Shown: positions 27,301-40,565 of the stretch, in pieces
Layout of the letters: the number at the start of each line of letters is the position of its first letter
How positions within the stretch are numbered: the first letter of the stretch is position 1
Source: Ruditapes philippinarum
Lineage: Eukaryota
Direction of reading: 5' to 3'
NCBI RefSeq assembly: GCF_026571515.1
Contig: NW_026853342.1
Location: 186,001 to 250,000 of the forward strand
DNA length: 64,000 nucleotides
The notes under the pieces: generated by a model
The model's input: only the letters and a program-made list of their open reading frames with translations
Told to the model about the DNA's origin: nothing
The model's database searches: none
Program-made: the position numbers and the translations under genes

Positions 27301-30300
27301 GTTTTGTTTACATTTTGCTGATTTTATAACAAATTATTGTACATTAAGCGCTTTTTTATTCAGGTATCAAGCATCTAGCATTCTCCAAATTTATTATAAT
27401 ATTAAACATTATAAAATTAATGTTTGCTTTTTCTAAAGAAGAAATTATTTGTTTGTTTCTGAGGCATAATGTGCGACATTATAAAACTAATGTTTGACCT
27501 TTCTACAGCAGTGATTTTTTTCATTTCGGAGGGATGACGTGCCTTTCATGAATAATTTTAAAAGGAACTCAAAAAAAATTATTAGCCCCCTTACATTATA
27601 ACATTAATGATATGAAGTAAGTTAATAGATAATTATATTAATTTATAAATGTCAATTATACACCATTTTTATATTTAACCAGTGTCTGCTTTATCATCTG
27701 TGACAGTCATTCTTCACTTTTATTCATGGCGATTACTTTTTGCAGGATAAGGCACGAGTGATTTTATAAAGATTTTGTCTTAAGAGTAAAGTTAGGACTA
27801 TTCCTAAGTACAAGAGTTAGGACAGTTTCTTGAAACGCTCCTAAGTTTAGTCTTATGTTTGAGACTTACGATTCTTTATGAAACGCACCCAAGGAGAATA
27901 GTTCATTAAAAAGAGTTTGTTTTTATTTCAGGAGGATCCCATACTACAGTACATCTTGGACCGAATGTAAATACTTAAACACCAAAGATGGGTCCTGCAC
28001 ATGGAATGAAACAAGGGCTGGATATTTCAAAAATTCTAACATCACCATTAGACTGACGTTGAAACAGCGGTGTAAAATTGACGTCACTTCCGAGTTTCAT
28101 ATAGATACGTCAAAAATAGGTTTGTTTACATTATATGTGTTGTACCTACGCATGTATGTTACCCATGTGTTCCATATTCCATCCATAGAAAACATATATT
28201 AATTTATCCAGGGGCTTTTGAGAAATATACTTATGTTAGCAGGTTGTACAGAAGTGGGTGTATTGCATTGTGATACTGTATAGTTATGAAAAATGCATTA
28301 TTTTTGTATATCGAACATTCTAACACTCACGTGATTTTGTCCCTATAGACAAAGAAGGAAAAAACTGGTGTTAAACTGCCAATAAGCACCGGTTAAGGAC
28401 TACTTGTATATGCGCTGTTATGTTTTCATCCTCGATTACATAGTTTACAAAGCATTTTAAAGCAACAATAAAAAACATTTTTATTTATATTTTCAGTTCG
28501 TATAATGTTTTCTTTTCATACAATACCGAAATAGTATCTCACATACACTAACGCCACAATCGTCATATAAGATCCATATATCAGTTAATAAATATTTTGA
28601 CAAAAAGGTATTGTCGTTTTGATGCGACAAAATTAAACACTCAGGCCTACGGCCTACGTGGTCAATTCCTACGCATCAAAACTCCAAACCGGTGTTAAAT
28701 AGCCGATATACACTTCTCAGGCCGATGTTATTTCTTAAGTATTTTTTACTTTTTACACTGGTGCTAGAAAAATCTGTGATGCTTATCATCTGTGCTTATC
28801 ATCGGAACAAAAAGCGCGCAATTACAAGTGATTTGTTACAAATATGCAAAATGTAACCGAAGGAATATTTTGACTTCCATACAAAATAATAAATACCTTT
28901 TAACTTTATTTACTTTAAATACTACAAAAGAATCTAAATAAGGTTCAGCTATTTAGTCAATGACTATTTCTTTGGGCCACTGAATCTGGACACTAAATCT
29001 ATAAAGAGTTTGCCAAATCAAAATATTAGCATTTTGGAGGCTTATTGGCCTTTTACATACAGTAATGCTTTCCCGCCAAAAAAAAAAATCTAACATCGGC
29101 AAATATCGTAAAACATCGGTCATTTCCGTTATTTTTCACAATATTCGGTATTCAATAAGTTTTGACCTTTTATAATAAATATATAGAACATAGCGATAAA
29201 GGAAGAGTGATTGTAATTATTAATCTCATTCCCCGGATTTTGAAAAAAATTACATTCCGGAAATAACCGATTTTCTACGATATTGGCCGATGTTAGAATT
29301 TCTTTGGCGGGATGACTACAATAAATATTTCACTTGTCGTCTGATTCTTAGAAAACTATTTATATAACATACATCCTAGAGTTTATATTTTGACTTCTAC
29401 AAATAGTTATGATAATACATAATGTATCGGGCTGATTCAAATGATACATGTAAATAATATTGATTACATGGAAATCGAACATCTTTCGTCCTCACACATC
29501 AAAAATATGAAGAAGAGTCATCAGGTACTTCAGCAATGATAAAAGTATAAAAGATTAAATATATCCTTAAATGTACACGTCGATTTCTACAAATAGTTTT
29601 ATTATCTGTGTTTTGATATCCGTTTCATATTAAAATTAATTTTCACATCGATATTTGAGCCGCGTCACGACAAAACCAACATAGTGCGTTTGCTACCAGC
29701 ATAGATCCAGACAAGTCTGCGCATCCGCGCAGTCTGACCAGGATCCATGCTGTTCGCTTACCAACTCTATTACAAGTAGAGAAACGGATAGCGAACAGCA
29801 TGGATCCTGATCAGACTGCGCGGATGCATGCTGGTCACAAACCAATTATGTTGGTTTTGTCGTGACACGGCTCATGTATATTTCAGTAAAGCCGGATCCT
29901 GTTTCCAGTATCAGATCTAACGTTATAAGCAGTACTTGTATCACGTTGCTATGGAAGGCCGCAAATTCTGGACCGTTTTATCCGAAAGAACATTTAATTA
30001 CAGTGTCGAGTCGTGGAGTTGCTGTAACTGTACGTAATTTAGTCCATGAATTTGTACGTTTTAGTCCATTTAACTGTAAGTAATAGTCAATGTAACTGTA
30101 CGTTATAGTCCATGTAACTGTACGTAATAGTTCATGTAATTGAATGTAATAGTCCATGTAATTGTACGTTATTGTCCATGTAACTGCGCGTAATAATTTA
30201 TGTAAATGTACGTAATAGTCATGTAACTGTATGTAATAGTTCATGTAATTGTATGTAAAAGTCCAAGTTACTATACGTAATATAGTCCATGTATCTGTAT

Positions 30301-33300
30301 GTAATAGTCCATGTAACTGTATGTAATAGTCCATGTAACTGAACGTTATTGTCCATGTAACTGTTCGTTAAAGTTCATGCACTTGTACGTAAAAGTGCAT
30401 GCAACTGTACGTTTTAGTCCATCTAAGTGTACGTAATTGTCCATGTTACTGTACTTAATAGTCCATGTTACTGAACGCAATAGCTAATTTAACTGTGCAT
30501 AATAGTCAATGGACATGTACGCAATAGTCAATAATACTGTACGTAATAGTCCATATAACTGTACATAATTGTCCAGGTTACTGTACGTTATAGTCCGTGT
30601 AACTGTACGTAATAGTCTATGTAATTGTACGTAATAGTCCATGTAATTGTACGTAATAGTCCATGTAACTGTACGTAATTCTTCATGAAACTGTACGTTA
30701 TAGTCCATGTAACTGTACGTAATAGTCTATGTAATTGTACGTAATAGTCCATGTAATTGTACGTAATAGTCCATGTAACTGTACGTTATAGTCTATGTAA
30801 CTGCACGTAATTGTTCATGTAAGTGAACCGAAAGTCCAAGTAAGTGTACGTAATAGACCATGCAACTGTATGTTATAGTCCATGTAACTGTACGAAATAC
30901 TCCATGTAACTGTACGTAATAGTTTATGTAACTGTACGTAATAGTCCATGTAACTGTACGTAATAGTCCATGCAACCATGTAACTGTACGTTAAAGTCCA
31001 TGTAACTGTACGGTATGTCCATGTAATTGTTCGAAATAGTTCAAGTTACTGTACGTAATTGTCCATGTAACTGTACGTAATAGTTCATGTAACTGAACGT
31101 AATAGTCAATGTAACTGTACGTAATAGTTCATGTAACTGTATGTAATAGTCTTTGTAACTTCACGTCATTTTTAAGTAACTGAACGCAAAAGTTCAAAGA
31201 ACTGTACGTAAGAGTCCATGCAACTGTATGTTATAGTCCATGAAACTGTGGGGTATAGTCCATGTAACTGTACGCAATAGTCCAAGTAACTTTACGTAAT
31301 AGTCCATGCAACTGTATGTAATAGTCCATGTATCTGTACGTAATAGGTCATGGAACTGTACGACTGTACGTATTACTCAAATACAACTGTACGTAATAGT
31401 TTCTGTAACTGTACGTTAAAGTCCATGTAATTGTACGTAATAGTTCATGTAATTGTACGTAATAGTTTATGTTACTGTATGTTATAGTCCATGTAACTGT
31501 ACGTTATAGTCCATGTAACTGTACGTAATAGTTTATTTAACTGTTTGTAAAAGTTCATGTAACTGTACGTTATAGACCATATAACTGTACGTAAAAATTT
31601 TATGTAACTGTACGTAATAGTTCATGTAACTGTACGTTTTAGTCCATGTAATTGTACGTAATAGTCTATGTAAATGTAAATTGATCATGTAACTGAACGC
31701 AATAGTCCAAGTAACTGAACGTAATAGTCCATGCAACTGTACGTTATAGTCCATGTAACTGTACGTAATACTCCATGTATCTGTACGTAATAGTTTATGT
31801 AACTGTACGTAATAGTCCATGTAACTGTACGTAATAGTCCATGCAACAATGTAACTGTACGTTAAAGTCCATGTAACTGTATGTTATAGTCCATGTAAAT
31901 GTACGTAATAGTCCATGTAACTGTACGTAATAGTCCATGCAACTATGTTACTGTACGTTAAAGTCCATGTTACTGTACGTAATAGTCAATGTAACTGTAC
32001 GTTAAAGTTCATGCAACTGTATGTTATAGTCCATGTAAATGTACGTAATACTCCATGTAACTGTACGTAATAGTTAATGTAACTGTACGTAATAGTCCAT
32101 GTAACTGTACGTAATAGTCCATGCAACTACATTTTCGTAATAATTCCATGTAACTGTACGGTATGTCCATGTAACTGTACGCAATAGTCCCAGTAACTGT
32201 ACGTTATAGTCCACGCAATTGTATGTAATAATCCATGTAACTGTAGGATATAGTTTATGTAATTGTACGTAATAGTTTATGTAACTGTATGGAACAGTTC
32301 ATATCACTGTACGTTATAGTCAATGTAACTGTACGTTATAGTCCATGTAACTGTACGTAATAGTTTATGTAACAGTATGTAATAGTTCATGTAACTGTAT
32401 GTTATAGTCCATGTAACTGTACGTAAAAGTTTATGTAACTGTACGTAATAGTTCATGAAACTGTACGTTTTAGTTCATGTAACTGTACGTAATAGTCCAT
32501 GTAAATGTTCGTAATAGTCCATGTAACTGTACGTTATAGTCTACGTAACTGTACATAATAGTCCAGGTAACTGTACGTAATAATCCACGTAACTGTACGT
32601 AATAGTCCATGAAACTGTACGTAATAATCCACTTAACTGTACGTAATAGTTTATGTAAATGTACGTAATAGTTCATGTAACTGTACGTAATACTTCATGA
32701 AACTGTACGTAATAATCCACTTAACTGTACGTAATAGTTTATGTAATTGTACGTAATAGTTCATGTAACTGTACGTAATAGTTCATGAAACTGTACGTTA
32801 TAGTCAATTTTACATTGAAGAAGCCATATTAACTGAATACTTGTAATTTCTCATGAGAGTAGTGTTACTCATAAACCTTGAGAAAGGAACGTGATAAATT
32901 ACATAGTATACATGAAAGAAAAGATGAAAACGTAATTGTTGTATTCTTATTGGGTGGGATAGGTACAGAAAGGGATGGCAATGTCTTATGAAATATAACT
33001 CAATTCAAACGATATGTTATGCTTCAGAAATTCATATCTTAACTATGCTTTAGAAATGTCAAGCATGCGTATAATATTCTAATAATGAATTTAAAGAACG
33101 ATAGATGTTTAACAGCTGAAGAAAGAAGTGCTGAATTTGCAGTACTGTGTCGTTAAAGTAGCAAAATGTAAACAAAGTAGTATTTTGACTTCCATACAAA
33201 ATATTAACTCACTGTAATTATACCAATCGCCAACAGAGAAAAAGAAGAAGAAAAGAGTTCATCTATATGACAAATGAGTATTTTTGAGATTTTTTTTTTT

Positions 33301-36300
33301 TTTTGAAACTGTAACAAGATAACAAAATTAAAAAGAAAGGTTTTAGGAAAACAAATGATAGCATTTTTGAGGCATAATGTGCCTTTAGCTTACTTATATT
33401 TCACATTTCAGAACAGCACGCTAACGACGACAATGGACAGCGAACAATTTGAACACACACATACGTTTTGTGGTCTGCATCCATACACAGCATACAGTTT
33501 TAGCGTTCGCATTAGACCTACTGGTATTTACTCGGGGTACTATAGCGAACCTGTTATACATACGTCCACGACTTATTCCGACAGTAAGTTTGTTTGTTTG
33601 TCTGTTTGATTTTTGGGTTTTCAGTCACACAGACACAGGGTAGGTCATATGGCTTCGTTCCATCCTTACATGTGGAGGAAGACCTTAGGTGCGCTTCCGT
33701 GCATTATTTCAGGCACGAACGGGCACTCGAGAAGAGCCACTGACGTTCCGTAAGCTAGCTGGATAATTTCATCATATGAAAGAATCCAAAGTCCCTGTAG
33801 GGATTCGAACCCACAGCGGTGAGGGGCAGGTGGTTTGAAGTCAACGGCCTTAACCATTCGGGCACGGACTGTTGCTCATACAGTCCTTACTTAGTAACTC
33901 GTGTATTTCATATTTTAAATCATTTTGATGGTCTAGATTTTGGTTACACAAGGTCAAGGTCACTTGTGCGAATAGACTTTTACTATTTAGCTTTTTATTT
34001 CTTACCAATGTCTTAGTAACTTACCTTGGGTGGCCCTATTACCTTTTTTTTAGCAGAAACATCCCTTGATATCGCCCCAGCCAGTGTTATATCCTCGTAA
34101 CTAACTCGTTTCATGTACTATAACTATTTCAAAGCAAACTTATAATTCATTGTCCTTATCTTAAATTGTGACATGAGTAGTTCCAAGTGCAAGTCCCGAT
34201 GTTACAGATTACAGGTGGGACCAAAGAGAATGTGAAGATGGAGGAGAAAAAAGACTGGTGTGTTTGTTTTGGAAGGTAACAAAAATACTATCATGAACTA
34301 GTCTTACTTTATTCTTATTTCTAAGATAATATAATTAGTAGAAGAAAAACGAAACATTATAGTTACATTCTATTATATTGTATCATAGTTTGGGGACCTG
34401 TCTGTTGAAAATGTCAGAGTTAAATCGTATACATATACATGCACAGTGCGTTAACTGGAGTGCAGGTATTAGTAACCCGCACTCCAGAGCATGCCCATTG
34501 ATTGGCTCATATTTGCTGGGGTTTACTAATTGTGACGGCAAAGAAAGGGACAGCGACAGAAATATCATACTCAGATGCTAGTTGATTGGTTACTTTACTT
34601 CTGGGGTTTCATATTGTGACAAAACGGAACGTGTTCTTATGTTTGACTATGATACAAAAGAGAAGGAACATCAAAACACTCGGCAATCTGATTAATACTC
34701 GATGGCTACGCCCTCTCGTACAAATCAGATAGCCTCGTGTTTCGATGCTCTTTCTATTACTTATCACATACCCGTACTATATGGCGATTCCGTAAAAATG
34801 GTATTGCACGATCGTGCATATATTTGGCGTGACGTCTTTTGGGTTATACAATCATAGTGTAAAGACGCGCTAAACTGTAGGCGCGTCAATGAAAATGCAT
34901 GGCCAAAACACGATTTTTGGAGAAGGGGCTTCAGCCTTTTTCTCGGGGAAAATATGCATGACTTTGGCATACTTTGGGAAAAGGGTCTCACTTTTAACAC
35001 AAACTTTTAAGTTCTTCAAAATAGAAAATCAAAGAGCACTGGGAAATACTATAATAAGGCAGTAAAAGACCTTTATTTAACACGGTCATTTAATTTTGTT
35101 GTAAAGTCTATGAGAAATTCCAAAAGACTGATGAATTTTGAGTACCAAACTGGGGAAACAAGAATTTGGTTGGGGAAGCAGCCTATATTCGGTTTTTTGG
35201 CCCTGAATGGTTTAAACTTTTTAAACGGTCTTTATTTTGGTATGACTATTAAATTCGTGTAAGTTAATTTATTGAAATCGTTGAAAAAAACAATATTATG
35301 CTCGCCAGACTTCGTGAAGTTAAAATCGGGAATTCATGGAGCTGAAATCGTGAATTCATAAATTTCGTATGTTGAAAACGTGAATTCACGAAGTTAAAAT
35401 TGTGAATTCATGAAGATTAAATCGGGAATTTATGAAGTTGAAATGGCCGTGTCGGTGTTTTCTAATTCATAGTTTGCTGACTGTTTTTCCAATTCTTTCA
35501 GCCAATAAAAGCGGAGAATCAGAACGGACCAATGAAAGGGCTGCAAGGTGAGTTCACGGCATTACCACCTGCCAATCATATCATCAAAGAGGACTGGGCG
35601 GCGGGAGTGACGTATGGCTGTTCTTATATTCTGTGTAACACGAGTTATCTGTTCACGATAAAAGCAAGAAATATAAATGGTACATCAAAACGAGGCTCAG
35701 CTGTTACCATACCAGCCTTTGTGTCAGGTACTTGCATTTTATTATTTTGATTTTGGTGATGGTTAGTTTAAAAATACATTTTAACATCAGTTTACATAAG
35801 AACAAAGTCTCAGAATTCGTCATTTCACGTCGTTCTGATTTGTTGACTTTCAGTGCTTCTATTTCTAAACTTTTATAAATGTGAATACGAAATGTTTATT
35901 CTACATCAATTTAATGAAAAACAATGAGAACCCATGCTTGGTTTAAGTTTGTCATTTCACATTTGTAGGTTCCATCATAGATGTTGACCATGAACTAAAT
36001 GTTGGACATGCAACTCCAAACAATGTAAGTGACTCTCTTTTTTTTTTTTTTCTTTAATATCTGGATCCTAAAATAACATGACAAACCAACGGTGGAATCA
36101 TTATATTATAAATGCAATTTAATTTTGAGGCCCATTCAATCCCAAAATAAGTTTTTTTTACTCTATATAACTCAAATGCTTTTTTTAATACATTAAAATG
36201 TTTGTTTCAGTTTCCAAAGTACTGATTGGTCGTATATCTTTTTTTTTTAATTCGTGAAGTTATAATGATTTAGTCATTTTTGCTTTTTGCAAAACAAAAT

Positions 36301-37130
36301 ACCACTTTGTTAATGTTTTGCTTATTAAAAAAGAGAAATCATTTCACATTCAATGCTTGGTTTTACACATGGTTATAATCAATCATCCTCTATATTCAAT
36401 ATTTAAACAATAAAAGTCTCCAATTGCCACCAATTCCAGGGGCATTCCCAATATATTAAATGCTATATATAAAATAAGATTATCTCATTTTTCTATCATC
36501 ATCATAAAAACTGATAAAAAATCATTTACATATTGATGGTATAATGATATTTTCCTTCATATGTATATTCACCTATGCACGCCTAGTTGTTTTTTGGCGG
36601 TGCACGACATTTCGTCGAAAGACATCTCGCCGAGTACGATAGTTTGTCGAATATGGCATTTGGTCGAAAGTTAACACTACGACCATTGATCGAAAATAAA
36701 TTTTTATCGCCGTTCTTGAACGGCGATATTTACAATTAACAAGATTTGAACAGTTCTACCTGTACATCGTCTGTCTTTAACCAATCAAAACGAATAATTT
36801 GATATCACATGATAACAAAATGGACGTCAAAAACTTCGGCTTCGCCAGAGAAAAAAACACTTAATGTTATAATGCTTTTTTGTTCTATAGGAACAGAATG
36901 TTCCGCCTGTTGAAGTCACTGGTACAAGTATTAATGGGGAAGCAAGCGGTAATGGACAAGAAGATGACGGTATACCTACATGGGTTGGTTACCTGTTAAA
37001 AGAAATATCTGAAGTAAAACAACAAATGAAAGTTGTCGGCAAACTAGAGTATGCTGTACAAAATATTAGTAACAGAATTAAAGATATTGAGGGAATACTC
37101 AATCGATTCGAAACACGCCAAATGCAGTAA
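24307..37130 (+). CDS. Secreted class I cytokine receptor-like protein (Domeless/gp130-like ectodomain: Ig + cytokine-binding module + FN3) with a C-terminal coiled coil, about 552 aa
   Basis: Ten GT-AG exons join in frame: 24307-24382, 25891-26235, 26936-27053, 27932-28119, 29887-30029, 33412-33583, 34181-34275, 35502-35727, 35969-36024, 36891-37130 (1659 nt). Signal peptide MGRIARMLLLLLLACYITYGG; FACIVNNYKTMICSW (C-x9-CxW); VKPDP; LHPYTAYSFSVRIRP...GYYSEP (degenerate WSxWS); a further FN3. AATAAA at about 37187. Confidence 0.8.
25490..25829. mobile_element. TTAA-flanked MITE (Kolobok-like non-autonomous DNA transposon)
   Basis: TTAA|AGCTGCATGCCTCC...GGAGGCGTGCTGCT|TTAA: TIRs with AG/CT termini and a TTAA target. 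Confidence 0.65.
26224..26352. repeat. Short 15-17 bp tandem repeat overlapping the exon 2 splice donor
   Basis: TTCG(T/A)GTTTACC(GT)AAG is repeated about 8 times, starting inside the exon. Confidence 0.75.
27066..27240 (+). mobile_element. Degenerate tRNA-derived SINE
   Basis: A-box-like TGGCCCAATGG and B-box-like GATTCAAACC, followed by a body CATTGCTAAGTACTGGTTG...GGAACGGATTCGAG. Confidence 0.5.
29656..29874. mobile_element. Palindromic MITE family B (TIR TGAGCCGCGTCACGACAAAACCAAC)
   Basis: Almost entirely self-complementary; other copies at 43343-43579 and (partial) about 45450-45555. Confidence 0.8.
30024..32806. repeat. 22-bp minisatellite (GTAACTGTACGTAATAGTCCAT) beginning at the exon 5 splice donor
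   Basis: A 2.8-kb array of more than 100 units filling most of the intron. Confidence 0.95.
33588..33868 (-). mobile_element. tRNA-derived SINE
   Basis: The minus strand starts with a tRNA-like head (A box TGCCCGAATGG, B box GGGTTCGAATCC), continues with a conserved-looking body and ends in an (AAAC)n tail. Confidence 0.75.
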
Positions 37131-40100
37131 CTATTAACTTGATGGAGATGATAGATGTGACTGTTTATTGAAAATCAACGTACTGCAATAAATGTAATAT
37201 CAGTCCGATGTAAATTTGATGAAACATTTTCTATATAAGCAAAACATGATTTGAAAGTTTATTGTTATATACATGTGGGAATCTTACTCATTGTTAAATT
37301 TGATTCAAAAGGAAATTTTTGGTTGCATGTGCTTTATTATTATTATTTTATAGCGTGCGAGCGTGCGTCCGTGTGTGATTTGTGTGTGGTTTTTTTTTTC
37401 TCTTTATCATTTTATTTGTTTGTTTGATTTTGATACATGTTGTTTCAACGTGATGTTTTGTCTTATTTTGCTAATATCGAACAAAATAGTCGACTGTTAA
37501 ATGACTCAAAATATGTAAATGGTAATGTTACTGGTGTAGAAAAGTGATGAATAAAATTAAAGATATACTGTGCTTTTTTCCTGCCAAAAAATTCTAACAT
37601 CGGCCAATATCGTAAAAAATCGGTCATTTCCGGAACATTATTTTCCACAATTTCCGATATTCAATAATTTTAACCATTTATTATCGCAATTTAGTACATA
37701 GCGATGAAGAATGAGTGATTGTAAATAATCTAATGCTCAAGATTTTTTTTTAAAAGAGTTCCGGAAATATCCGATTTGCAAAGATATTGGCCGATGTTAG
37801 AATGAGCATTACAGAAAGGCTATGCTCAAAAATAAAAAAATAAAAAACATTTATTGCAGAATTTTTTAATTTTTTTTTGAAATCTAGTTTATTCTTTCTG
37901 AATATGTCTAATTTTAAAAAGTGAATTTGTAAACTATGTTTAGGAAGCAGCATTCCTATAACTTGACAAATTAAGTTGGTCTATCCTTATAAAAACTGCC
38001 AGCGTTATTAATGACACTATGTAATCATACGGTGATTACAAGAAATGTGTGTAGAGCTTAAAACGTAAAAAAAATTTTTTTCTTTATTCAAAAAATGTTT
38101 AGGTTACATTTTAAAAGAGACTGTATAGAAATTATCTTTTTTTTTTTTCAAATATCAAATTTAAGCATTATATATCTTTAAGTAGGTCGTCATTTTTTCT
38201 CACAGATCAATGCATTTCTGACTAAATGTAAAACAAAGCTAGAATCTAATTACTTAACATTGCAATAGATATAAAGTTTTGTATTAAAATCACAATCACA
38301 GACGATTAAATCAGAAATAGTTTTTTTAAGTAAGGATTATACAAGGCACTTTTACAAATATCTTTTGATTTATCTTCTATGCTTTTTTACAAGTTCTCTG
38401 TCGTTTTAAAAAAATGCCTTCACTATCTTTTGAATTAATCATTTTATCAACTTTAGACAGATGTTGTTTTGTTTCTTTGTTGTTGTTGTAAGATATATAT
38501 TTAAATCTAGTTATAATGTACCTGTCTTCAATTGTAAATTTGTAATCTATGTGTAAATAACCTATTATTTCAATACTCAATTCCTTATCAATACATTTAA
38601 GAACCTTAAATTGTCTTTTTTTATTTTCCTCGCAAGAATGTAAGTTTACGAATGTTTGCTCATCCGTACAACAATCTGTTGTTTGACGAGTAACAACAGC
38701 ATATAGTCTCAATCGCAACTATTCGGTCCTTTCCGCCAGTCTTCGGATAACGTTATTATGAATAATAGCCGAGGATGTTCCAATCGCAATTCCTTTCGTC
38801 TTTGTGCCATTATTAAAAGAAAACAACAACAAACAAAAAACGTACCCTGTTTGTGCTAGAATAATTATTTTTTCCATTTCCTGTATTTATTTATTTATTT
38901 AAATAGAAGTATCAATGTATTTATGTATATATTTTTCCCCCTTACCCTTTCAGGCCTCAAATAGTGAAAAAATGCTCTATCTAGACCACAGGGAATCGGC
39001 ACAGTGTTGGGATAGTGTAAAAAATTAATTCTAGAAAAAAAACTTATATACTGTATATATAATATATAGACAACGGGTTGAACTCGCCAAATCGGCGGAA
39101 TGCCACTCGACCAGTATAAGTCAAAATTGCAAAGTCATTCTTATGTTAACCATATAAAGCTATATATCAAATTGCAGGTAAATGACATCACTAGACGTTG
39201 ACAATAACATAATTGTCCCCACTTACACCGTTTTTGAACAACAAACAGATATTTCGGATGGAATTTCGTATTTCTGCTAGGTCGGACACGACCGTGCCCC
39301 CACTCGATTTTCTACGTGTAAAAACGCAATTCCAAACCAACACAAATAAAACCAAAACCAAAGTTGTAAATCATCCGCTATTGTAAGAAAGACATTAATT
39401 TCAATGAACAAATATCTTATTTAGGTAAACCATTTTAAATATGAAAGAATAGAAAGAATATGACAGAATATGCAAGAAAAAATATCTGACACATGTTTGC
39501 GGTTCGGATCGAAATATCCGTCCCTCGGGTACCCGACTTTAGGCGGTAACACGGCAAGCCTCGCTACCGCCCAATGGGCTGGGTACCATCAAGACGGATA
39601 TTCCTATCCAAACCGTAACATATTACATTATTCTTGCATAGCAGTCTGGCGTTTCCGTTAGTTTTAACAATGCCTCAAATTTCATCTGGCAGGGGGTGCA
39701 AAATGAGTCGCGCGCTTTACAATGGCGTCATTTTCGAGCATTTTATGAATGTACTGCGTTAAAATGACGTCATTTTTGTGTATGAAAGAAGGGAACTTTG
39801 TGCTTAGAATGTCGTCAGTTCGCCGTTGTTTTTAAAAGTTGTAAATTCTCTGGTATTGTAAGAAATGGATGAAATGATACTCATTTCAATGAACAAATAT
39901 CTTGCTGAGGTAATCCATTTTAGTGATGTAATATTTTGGCAGAATATGCCAAAAAATATCTGACATATACGTGCGGTTCAGATCGAAATATCCGTCCCAC
40001 GGATACCTGCCCATGGGCGGTAACTAGGCAAAAATCTTGTTATTGCCTCCTTTGCCCTCACAAGTAAGATCTTTATATGAACCTATATATATATATAAAG

Positions 40101-40565
40101 ATCTGGAAAGGGTGATCCCTCGGAAAGGGTGATCCCTCAACATAATTACATGAAAATTACAGATATCATGTTTGATTGAGTCTGTTTATGAGGAATAATC
40201 ATCCCTTACATCCCCTAGCACAGGCTTGAGCGGTACTTACTTTTCAACACTTAAAAGTACTTAAAGCCAAATAAAACATTAAAAAGAAACAAATCGAAAT
40301 TGAGCTGGAAGGAAATTAGTATGTATTTATTAAAAAAGAGCACTTTCATATATCAGATTGAAACTCCATCTGTTCAGAGAGGTCGATACATTTAATTATC
40401 TTTTGACAAAATATATATACATTTAATCATACATGTATTAACATATGCTGCCTCTATAATTTGAATATATTAATATATGATATTTAGTTTGGCTTTTAAG
40501 CAGTGTGGGTACAAAAAAAACAACCTGGACAAAATGCATGTACAAGGCTAAACGCACTTAAAATA

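Noticed and set aside
29978-32676. Minus-strand ORFs in the 22-bp array
   Set aside because: Artefacts of the tandem repeat.
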